NCBI GenBank assembly: GCA_946965045.2
Contig: OX337230.1
Span: forward strand, 2,728,001 to 2,792,000
Origin: Epithemia pelagica
Lineage: Eukaryota > Protista > Bacillariophyta
Direction: 5' to 3'
DNA length: 64,000 bases
This document shows, piece by piece, positions 10,127 through 20,800 of this stretch. Position 1 is the stretch's first letter, and every line of letters starts with the position of its first letter. The position numbers and the translations under genes are program-made. The notes below the pieces were generated by a model. That model did not search any database. It was not told where the DNA came from and saw only the letters and a program-made list of their open reading frames with translations.

Positions 10127-12654
10127 CAAAATATTAATAGACTTGTCAGATCAAACTGGCCTGGTCTTTGGGACAGCTGATACAACTAGTCATACTCATA
10201 CATATTAAAAACTACTAGTAGCAACAGAACACAACATATTAACTACTCTAGTGGCACTACCGTATCTAGAAGATCGGGCTCCTGTCACATGCTCAGGGTG
10301 GACGGGTCGATTTCCCCAAACTCCGTCAGCTTTTTGCCATAAAAAAAGCATTAAAGAGACTTCCTATGATGACAAGCACACAGGTAAATTGAGCATCATG
10401 ATTGACTTCACTTCATGGTTTTATCAGCAGAATAATAAGTGATCCATTTTAACAGCAGCTGTGTTTGATTTTTGAGGCGTGAGACTCTGTCTGTTGGTGA
10501 ACCAAAGTCAACTTCTATCATCTGAAAGAACTCTTCAAGAAAAATCAGTTTCACCATATTTCTTCTTCCAGTCGTCCTCCAAATCAGAGCATATAAACTG
10601 GTAAATATCTAGCATCCTTTGATCTATGCAAGAAACATTTGTGCACTCCTTGAACCCCCCATGTCAAGAAGCAAGGACACTGTAACAAATATCATTGACC
10701 ATGGCCATCTGGTTGCCCAGTGGGAGCTTTTTACTAACTATATACGGATTGCAATCTTCCACAGGGATGCAATGAATGAGCATGAGGAACCAGCATTGGT
10801 TGTTCCAGTTAGGTTCATGGTGTCCTTACAATGTAAACGGACCAACGGGTATAGACCCAGTGACGTAACAAACAACAACTCTGAAGTGATATATGCCCTT
10901 AGAAGAAAACAACCACCTACTATGGCAGTTGCTAGAGTCCTTGCAATGTGAAATACAATAACCAGAACATTCACAGCTATTATGAGGTTTTCAGTTGTTC
11001 CAGATGCCCTAACTGAGGCATTGTCAGGTGATATGTCCACTCGTCCCAATTCGTCCGCCCATCAAAGAATACCAATGATCTCTTGAGATCGTTGTACTCC
11101 TTCTGCTTCAGCTCTGGTGTAGTATCTATTTCTGGATCTTTATCCTTCATCAAAAGGCCCCGAAGAAAATGCTGTATGTTAGCACCTTTCAGCTACCAAT
11201 TTGAGACAATGGTCCCAAACAGACTGCAGGAGCATTTGTTCTCCTCATTTCTCTCCTGTATGCACATTCAAGCTATCTCATGTTTGCTTCAGCAAGATTC
11301 TGATTTGGTGTCCATGCCTAAATGGACCTTATCCAAGAACCAAACTTTTGTGCCATTTTTTCTTGAATTATTCATTTGTCCACTCTGGTACATTATCTGG
11401 CACAATACTATTGAAAAAGTCTTAGGCCCCCCGCCAACAACCAACAAGAAAACCAACCATAACGACGCTGCCAACAACAACAACAACGAACCAGGAACCA
11501 ACAACAACGAACCAGGCACGCCAATGGCCAACCCATACCTCAAAACCAAAGTCGGAACGAAACCCTCTCCGTCTCCCGAACCAAAAACGCTGATCCATCT
11601 CCACGTGGCGGTCAACCATCACCAGAACCCCCAGAAAAGAGAAGAAGAGCCCATGTGACTGCAGGTCCATTCCGTCAACTTTCTCAAAACCAAACAATCC
11701 GGAACACGCCAATTCAGGTCCGACAACCAGAACCGATCCAACAAGGGAAGTGGACACACCTCCACCTTCGACGTTGCCCTTTCACCGGCGCCGGCAAACG
11801 ACGCCTTCGACACAGAAATCTTCACGGAACAAGGCCTCCGTTGCGTACTTCAAATGTGGCACAAACACCACAACGACGACTTTGTCTTCGACGAATTTGA
11901 TTCGCAAACTGTGCTCCGTCCAGGCACCAAACAATCAAATCCAATGATAAACCCACGCTCTGATCAAATCAACGTGTACCAGCCAGCCTGTAACAACAGG
12001 ACGAGCGACACCTTCGGCATCGTCGTCGGTGTACCAGCTCAAACAATCAAACATCGGCGGGCTGCTCTGGATCTCACTTCGGACATCCAGAACACCCTCA
12101 CCCCCATCTACCCCGCAAATTGCACTACATGGAGTTCTTCAATCACATCGGATGCAGATCGGGAACATTCAGAGGCGAGCTGAAAAACAAACAACGTTGC
12201 CAAGTCCTGGCAATCTACATCATGGCCTCGTCGAGGAACAACTTCGAAGCTACAACGCCTACCATGCGGCCACCAGGAACACCGGACTCAAGTGGAACAA
12301 AAGCAACATTCAAATTATCCCCATGCCGACAAGCCAAGCCAATCGAACTACAACATTGGAGGCAATCAAGGATATTGATCAATTTTTCGGAGCCTGCGTC
12401 CGAATCAAACTCAAACCCATCAACCAGGAAGCCACCGACCACGGCGACTGGCAACGACTACGACACCTACGGGAATTCCAGAATTCAACAGTGAAGACCC
12501 CGACGCTCAATATTATACTCTATATCTGAGAAAAACGCCGGACACTCATTTGCTGACAACCAACACGATCAGACAACACCCAGACTTCCCAGAAATATTC
12601 TTCTTCCCACCCTTGCAGCGGTAGCGGCGCCACCGCCAAGACAACCAACCAACA

Positions 12655-12923
12655 ACCAAGATCCAGCAACACCTTCCTCATCGAGCCACACCAACAGGCT
12701 CCTAGCCTTTACCAACCGTCTCCTGCGGAGAAAACACAACAACCTCGACAAAAACACTGACGAGACTGAAGCCGACAACCCACCAACACCAAGATCCAGC
12801 AACACCTTCCTCATCGAGCCACACCAACAGGCTCCTAGCCTTTACCAACCGTCTCCGCGGAGAAAACACAACAACCTCGACAAAAACACTGACGAGACTG
12901 AAGCCGACAACCCACCAACACCA
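12655..12923. repeat. 133-bp tandem duplication inside ORF1 of the non-LTR element
   Basis: ACCAAGATCCAGCAACACC...GCCGACAACCCACCAACACC at 12655 and 12788; the copies differ by a 1-bp indel (CTCCTGCGG/CTCCGCGG). Confidence 0.93.
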
Positions 12924-13389
12924 ACAACCAGGCCCAACAATCCAAACAGCCCACCACCCAACAAACGAAGCGCAGCCGCCATGTAACCAACGGACGACGA
13001 AGAGCATGATCCCTACGACGACAGCACGGATTGGACAACAGTGGCAGCACAAACAAACCACAGCCATTTCGTTGCAAACGACGGCAACGAAGACTCCAAA
13101 CCTTCAGCCAAAAGGAACCAATTCGCCCCACTGGCAGAACAAAACAAAGACGAAGCAACCAATGAAGACGTGATGGAAACCGAATATTCGGACGACAATT
13201 CGCGAGCACTCATTGGAAGCGACGACAACAGCGAGCCAGGGGACTGTGGCCACGAATACGCAGCAACAACCATTCAGGAAATAGAGCTCATCTTCAAATA
13301 CGTGGCACACAACAACCCCTTACGAATAGAAGAAATGAAACAATTCCTCGAAAAAACCAAGTCGTTCACGAACGACACCGACGCGCAAG

Positions 13390-14703
13390 ATGCTTGGAGA
13401 TTTGCACAGTCCTTGGTACAGGCAGGCAACTCCAACATCGCCGATTCCCGCACCGGCCATGTGGACCCGCATTCAAAATGGGCCAAAGGGCCGAATGAGT
13501 AAGAAAACAACAACAACACCCAGACACAGTCCAGTGCCAGACTGCCCCTGGAAAGTGCCTGTCCTATCAACCAACCCACACGCTTCACTCAAACAACACC
13601 TAAAAACAGAACACAATGAAACCCATCCGTCAGACTACCTGACACCACAATACTGCAACAAGCACAGATTTCACTCATGCCAAACATGTGACACGCCCAC
13701 AGCAATCTTCACAACGGAAGGACACCTTAGACAACACGTAACAAAAAAGCATAGTAGGACAAAAACAAACATCCAGTTAGTCCTAAACACCTATCGCCAT
13801 GCGCAACAGGAAACAGAAACAAATTGGAAAGAAAGTTTAGCTTGCATCCACAAGCTACAACCATCGCCACCACCATTCAGACGAAGCATCTGGCACAAAC
13901 TTAAACCGCCCCTCAGGGCAGAATTCTACACCACCTACAACAATGTGGCATCCTGGATCCTTGATGCCTCCCCTCCCCTCTCACCGACAACCCTGAGAGA
14001 TGACAGGCCACAACCATACGACATTGACGCCAGCCCATTTCTGGAAACTACTAATACTGCTAGAGTCACTGCTCCTAGCACCAATCAAAGGAACCGTCCA
14101 CCTCACACATGCAAATGCCTTCCGTGCCAGATTATCCATGTTAAAATCAGGCAGAAATCAGGCAGACTCAAAGAATTACATAAAATGATCTGGAACCCAA
14201 CACAACTTCCAAAAGTGAAATCGAGACTTGGAAACAACAACAAAAAGCGACAACAAAGACATCATCAACAACAACCAACGTCAGACAAGTCCTTACCACC
14301 ATGGTGGATTGCGTCTGCTCGAAAATTGGCCGACCTGGGAAACTATCGGGCAGCAGTAAAACGACTGACAACCAGCATACCACCAGCAACTCTAACCACT
14401 CCAAGAATCAAGGGATGTCAAAAGGAACTGTTCCCAGACCAAAGACAACCACCACCATCAACAAGATCGCATGGCCAGACAGCCATGCCCCCCCCCCCCC
14501 CCCCCCAAATACTTAAAACTATAGACAACCTGTTCGAAACTGCCCTCCGACAAATGAAACCGGGGACGGCGTCGGGTCCCTTCGCAACATGCACGGACAT
14601 TCTCGTGCCCATGGCACTTCACAAAACGACAAGATCACCGGACGCTACCAGACCTATTTTCAACAACATCAAGGCCCTGACCCAGTTGGTTGTTACATCA
14701 TAA
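13390..14703 (+). pseudogene. ORF2 N-terminal part with C2H2 zinc fingers and start of the RT
   Basis: CPVPDCPW...LKQHLKTEH and CQTCDTP..FTTEGHLRQHVTKKH, ADLGNYRAAVKRL, MKPGTASGPF. Confidence 0.75.
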
Positions 14704-15727
14704 GTTCCTCCCTCAGTGCAAATGATACTCGCGAGCAACTACTTTCTCGCGTTGCGCAAAGACCTTACCAACCTCGAGCCATAAGACGAGTTGCAGCCGA
14801 AGCAGCTCTTGTCCATCTCACAGAAAAAATATGCCCACTCCTGCTCCAAGGAGGACAATACGGGATTCAAGTGCCTTCGTCGCCCAAACCACTGCAATGG
14901 TGGTCCGCCAGTACATAGACCGAAACAAAACCAACGAGAACTCCAACAACAACAACGACACAGAACAAAGCAAACCACAGAGTCGAGCTCTGGTCATGCT
15001 CGATTTAACCAACATGTTTAACAACGTGAGTAGAACAGAGGCAAGGAAAATATTGTTAGAAAATGAAGCGACAACACAACTGGTCCCACTGTTTGACCTT
15101 TTGACAACACACACATGCAACCAATGGTACTTTGACAAACACAAGACGGCGAAATACCTCAAACAAGACGAAGGGTTCCCACAAGGCTGTCCCTTGAGTC
15201 CCCTCTTTTCGTGCCTCGTACTCCTGGCACTCACTAACAAACTGAACAAAGAACAAGCAAACCGAGCACAGCAACGAAAGCGAAACAACAACCCCCACGA
15301 CAACGAAAAGGGTGAGATAGGACACACAGCATCAATAATGGACGACACGTCGGTAGTCTATGTCTCCCACATTGCGACCTCGAAACACTCGACAAACCAC
15401 TCGGAATTGTGTTAAACAAAACAAAAACCACCATTCTCACCTCAACAAACGGAAAATCCCCAACCAACCTAGACAACGGCCGACAAAAATGCCTGCAGAA
15501 AGCTCTGTCCTTCCTGTCCCCAGAAGCCCGGCAAAAGCAGAAATCACGAACAAGGTGAGATTCCTCGGCCAACCAATCGGCTCCAGCAGGTTTGCAAAGC
15601 AATACCATCCAAGAGCAAATCAAGAAAATGCACCGCAAGATGGACTGTCTCTTGCAACTCGACGACCTCCAAACAAAACACAACCTTTTTAAAATTCACC
15701 ATGGTGGCTTCCATCCTTCACCTTCTA
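14704..15727 (+). pseudogene. ORF2 reverse transcriptase core (frameshifted)
   Basis: PRAIRRVAAEAAL, GGQYGIQVP, LDLTNMFNNVSR, EGFPQGCPLSPLF, SIMDDT and VRFLGQPIG. Confidence 0.85.
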
Positions 15728-16067
15728 CCGTAAGATATCAATCTACCAAACAAACAACAAGATGGTGAAGATGTCTAATGAGAGTAGTTCATTAGGAACT
15801 GGTTTTTCATCTCTCTTGGCTTTCTTCTTCGCAGGAGCCTCCTTCATAGGTGGGAGAGGTGCATCTGCCATCGTGCTACTGTTTGGAAAAAGGATGTGTG
15901 GAGGGAAGAGGTAGAGAAGGTATTTTCGATGCGATAAAGTGCGATGATACGACAACTTTTTTCTAAAAAAATTGCGCTATTGCGATAATTGGAATTTTGG
16001 GGCTCCACGTCAGACCACGTACGAAAATTGCAATGCGATGCGATAAATCCTGAAGATAAGACCAACC

Positions 16068-16560
16068 CTGAGTGCTGTCAGACTCCAAATGTTGGAGGGA
16101 TCAGCCGCAGGAGCCACTACTCTGTGTGCTTTGAGTGCTATTAGTGCTGTCAGCCTCCAAATTTTGGAGGGAGCAGCCGCAGCCACTACTCTGAGCACTT
16201 CGAGTGCTCTGAGTGCCGTCAGCCTCCAAATTATGGAGGGAGCAGCCGCAGGAGCCACTACTCTGAGTGCTTTGAGTGCTCTGAGTGTTGTCAGACTCCA
16301 AATGTTGGAGGGAGCAGCCGCAGGAGCCACTACTCTGTGTGCTTTGAGTGCTATTAGTGCTGTCAGCCTCCAAATTTTGGAGGGAGCAGCCGCAGCCACT
16401 ACTCTGAGCACTTCGAGTGCTCTGAGTGCCATCAGCCTCCAAATTATGGAGAAGCAGCCGCAGGAGCCACTACTCTGAGTGCTTTGAGTGCTCTGAGTGC
16501 TGTCAGACTCCAAATGTTGGAGGGAGCAGCCGTAGGAGCCACTACTCTGTGTGCTTTGAG
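16068..16560. repeat. Higher-order minisatellite: 72/69/72-bp monomers in a 213-bp trimer, ~7 monomers
   Basis: Monomer starts at 16077, 16149, 16218, 16290, 16362, 16431 and 16502. Diagnostic variants TGTT/TTTT/TTAT recur in order. Confidence 0.95.
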
Positions 16561-17083
16561 CTGCCAATCACACCAAGGCTTTCACATTGTTCTGGTAGAT
16601 TGAGTCTGCGTGAAGCCATTCGGCAGCAGATTTGTGGTCCTTTTTCCATATATAAATCACTTTCACGGACATGGCTTGCATATTTCCCGTCCCAACGTAG
16701 ATCACATCAAGGATTCTTTGTTTCAAGCAATTTACCAGCTCACTGACAATTCGGAAGGGACCATTCTTATGAGGTAGTTTTTTCATTTCCGCTTGCTGTG
16801 TTTTTCCACCTGTTGTCGTTACCTCGCCCACGTCAGCCACTAGCTTCTCATTGCCATCTTTTTTTGCAAACATAGCAAAGCATGGATCCTCAACATTTCA
16901 ACCTCCTGACTGGTGAAAATTCCTTCCAACACAACACTCCTGAATTCACAATCTCGTCTTGCCAGTCACCACCAAAACGCGTTATCGGTAACTTCTTGTG
17001 CTTCTCCCCTTCCTCCAGAGCCTTCTTCAACTCTCTCTTGGCATCTCGAATCAACCTCATTCGCAGCTGATACTTCTGAGAGG

Positions 17084-17841
17084 TGATAAACTTCTCTCGA
17101 TTCAACAGGGGTTAGACAGATAGTTAGGATAGGTAAAAGGCTCGTTGAGCCGACAATCGAATCACCAACCGATACAACAATCCTCCACGGGTCAGAGAAG
17201 AGTTGCAAGTCAAAGTCCGCCGTGGGTGGGGGCAGTCGGTCCACTGATAAGAGGTAAGTCTTAAGATGAGTGTTAAAATGGTGATATTAATGATTGTGAG
17301 ACGATTACTAACTAAGGTGGTTGACGGTGCCGAAGTCCTGGCTCTTGCATACGGCCATGGATCTGGTGTGATAGGTCCTCACTGATTGGAGTAGACCGGC
17401 ATTGGTGTATATTGAATGTATAGGGTGATGGATAACATGTATGGGATGCAACAGCTCTTGCTTTGTCGTGGTATAAGTCTTGTCCTGGGCGCGTTGCTGT
17501 TTGCATTCTTGGATTTGTGGGAACAGAGATATGGTCTCGCGTGATCGTGATTCGTGCTTTGATTACATAGACCGTTAGGTCGAATCGTGGATGCGCGTAC
17601 TCGGATAGTAGAGGCGTGCACTTGATAGTTTTGGGCGCGCACGTGTTGGGCCATAGTTAATATCCGAGCGGTCGCCGATAACGCGTGCACTGCGAGCATG
17701 CCGTGGCCAAATTTATAGTTTCGCGAGCATGCCGACATTCTTTTCTCACTTTTAGGAAAATGTCATCGGATGCCATAAAATACTAGCATCATTCGATGAG
17801 TTGTAGGTTTCGCCACCTAGTTTTCGGTGAGAATCCTAACA
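17084..17841 (-). repeat. Copia-1 3' LTR
   Basis: TGTTAGGATTCTCACC...GAAGTTTATCA on the minus strand. Confidence 0.97.
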
Positions 17842-20800
17842 CTCCCCACAATTCGTCGAATGAGGATTGTCAATTCCCTCATCACTTTCCTGGATTTTTC
17901 CTCTCCAGAATAACAAAGATCTGAGCATGGGCCAAACTGCGGCGAATTCCCAATGTTTACTGAGGATATCAGCTGGGTTTGTCTTTCCATCTTTCCAGTA
18001 GAATGCGACGTACTTTGCAGCGATAGCTTCACGGACTCGGTGATAGGATAGGAGATGGTGTCTCTTGGAGATGATTGAGTGTGGTGTGGTGCTATTGATA
18101 ACGACAGAGCGGTTATCTCCAAACACGTAACTCTTTTCTCGCAGAGGGACTCCCAAGTATCGGAGTGTAAGGCGTAGCTCCGTGATCTGATCAACTGCAG
18201 TCCTTGCGGCAACAAATTCAGATCCATACGTGGCTGTTTCCACTGTGGCTTGTCGCTTACTGTACCAGTCCACGGGTGTACCATTTACAAAATGCAGGAT
18301 GGCTGTAACTGCTTTCCCAGTAACAATATCATGCATGAGATTTGCGTCGACATAATGTATAGTTGTCACAAAACGCCCAAGTGGGGTTGGACAGTCCTCG
18401 GGGATACGTTCCTTGGCGTCCATGTATACAGTACGACTCCAATCGTATTCTTGGATAGGTAAAGCTGATAAATCTGGCTCCCCAGTGCGGAATCTGATAG
18501 ACCCATCAGGAAATGACATGAGGTATCCATAGATACGCTTAGCTCGCTTCAAATGACCAATCCTTGGAGCAGCTCTGAACCTTGATAGAGTCATGGTAGC
18601 AGGAAAGACATCAAAACGGCCAATGGTAATTAGCCATTGCAGTTGTCCAATAAGAGTCTGGAAATGCTGGGTCCCTTCTTCATCTAAGAGCTCAGAGTCA
18701 TCGAGTTCAGGATGATCGTTAGCAATGACTGGCGGCTTTGCTTTCTTGGGTTTCTCATTGAACAATCGTTCATAGGTATCCATCATCTTCTCGATGTACC
18801 TTCGTGGGTCAGACACAAGTGTACCGTCTGGATCTTTGGTATAACGACACCCCAAATGATACTCGATAGGTCCGACTCCTTTGAGTTTGAAGTTGTATTT
18901 TTCTGTAAAGATCTTGCAGACAGCTTCAGGGTCCATGGCAACGATAGCTAAGTCATCAACATATACAGCGATATATTCATAACAGTCTTCTCCAGGAGCC
19001 TTCTTCATCCAAATATCAGGGTCAGCCTTGCTTGGAGAAAATCCCATATCAATGAGAACATCAAACAGTTTGTCATGCCAGCGAGCACCTGAGGATTTGA
19101 GACCATATAATGCCTTGTAGATGATCAAGATATGTCCTTCTAACTCCTTGAACTCTGGTCCTGCAATGATGAAAATCTTCTCTCCTGTCAATGCTTCTAG
19201 GTATGCGTTCCCAATATCTGCTCCCCATATTTCCATGTCGTTCATGGTTCCAAGAAATATGGCAATGCGAAGGTTGCGAATGGAGACAACCCCTGAATAG
19301 ATGGTCTCAACGGGTTCCTTGGTGAGATGTCCATCTGCGACAAGTCGTGCCTTGTGCCCTCCGTCATGCTTGACATCAAAGACCAGATGTACTCTTATCT
19401 TATGATATCCTTCTGGTGCATTGGCCAATTTCCCATTAATGAACTTGGCTTTTCCATGGTTCTTGAAAGTGTTATACGATTGGATCTGTGAGAGTTCCAA
19501 TTCTGTTGCGTCTTGCCATTTCGTGTTCCCAAACTGCTTGTCTAGTTCCACTGCTTCTTCATAGGTGCGAGGTACTTGGAAACCAAACTTGTACTTGATA
19601 GAGCGACGAACTTGTTTGATCCTGGATTGTTTAGCTGCTCGAATGAGTCTTTTGCTTGTCTTGACGTATCGCTTGAGATGTTTCCATCCAGGTAGATCCA
19701 GCAAACCATTTTTCTTGGCATAGATGGCGACTGTGATGGGGTCATCATTTGCAATAAGAGATAGAGGTTCGTATGTCGTCTCCCCAGTCTCCCAATCAAC
19801 AAGGACATTATATTTACTCCCTTTATAGTCTGGGTCGCTTGAGTTCAAAGGTCCTTGGTGTGCAATAACGTCTCTGAATCGGAAGAGACTATCCCCTGTC
19901 GTTTGGGCTTGATTATCCCTTTCAATGTATTCCATGAGCTGGTTGTAGGAGATCATCTCATCAACATTGGAGTTAGACTTGCGAAAGATGTATTTGAGTC
20001 GATCTTCTTGTTTGGTTGCATCTTGTTCCAGGTCGACAACTCGTTTGATTACTCGTGCTCGGTGGCGCTCCCCATTCTCTTCAGTGTCACAAAGGAATGT
20101 GCGTCCAACTAAATCGTCATAGTCAATTGTTGGCATAGGTGTGGATGGGTCTTCACTTCTGCTGCGAATAAAGACAGTGTCACCTTGCTTGTCAGTGGGT
20201 TTATGCGGCGACTCCTCCCCTGAAGAGATATCCACACGAAGGTTGGGGGTAGTGGAGGCAACGCGACGGACAGCGGAACGGTAGAGGATGACGTTGTCGG
20301 CAGTGAGGATCTTCCAAGTAAAGGCATCACCAACATTGTGGGCAAAACCAACCCAGTGGCCAAGCTTCTCGGCGGGAGACGAAGGGTAAGAACCGGAGGT
20401 AGGTTCAGAAGGGTCGACACGATAGTAGACCTCATCCCAGAAAGGAAAGAAAAGGAGATGGGTAATGTCGGGTGGGGTACCGGTAAGAGCCTCAAGAGGG
20501 GTGCGGCCAGAGTGGGTGGGAGAGGAGGTGTGATTGAGGAGGTCACACACATATTCTAAACAAAGTAACCATGCAGAAGCAGGGCAACCAGAGGCATTCA
20601 TGATAGCGTTGGTCATACGCTTAACGGTCTGGTAGCGGTTCTCAGCTTTGTTCTGGTGTTGATGATAGGGCTCGGAACGGTATTCACCAATCAGAAGGGT
20701 GCGAAGAATATCCTTGACCTTGTGGGAAATAAGTGACGAACCACCATCACTGATCAAAGTCTCCATGACACCACGTGTACGAATGTTATCCTGGAGGGTA

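Larger units (their letters stand above)
5953..10325. mobile_element. PIF/Harbinger-like DNA transposon with two divergent genes, interrupted by a pogo element
   Basis: 20-bp inverted repeat with 1 mismatch (CGGAGTTTGGGGAAATTGAC 5953-5972 / GTCGATTTCCCCAAACTCCG 10306-10325) brackets a DDE_Tnp_4-type transposase and an accessory ORF. No TSD found, so the boundaries are tentative. Confidence 0.55.
11420..15727 (+). mobile_element. CRE/Ambal-like non-LTR retrotransposon, 3'-truncated and frameshifted
   Basis: A/C-rich plus strand. Fragmented ORF1 (~11420-13500), then ORF2 with zinc fingers and RT. The sequence breaks off after VRFLGQPIG...SILHLL. The 5' boundary is approximate. Confidence 0.75.

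Noticed and set aside
10330-11400. Decayed minus-strand ORF (…MLDIYQFICSDLEDDWKKKYGETDFLEEFF…)
   Set aside because: Protein-like but fragmented, with no identifiable motif; it cannot be assigned.
15726-15745. TA-CCGTA pogo-like terminus where the LINE breaks off (similar at 10259)
   Set aside because: No matching inverted partner was found in the window.
17084-17841. Self-priming for Copia-1/-2
   Set aside because: No sequence complementary to their PBS was found in their LTRs.
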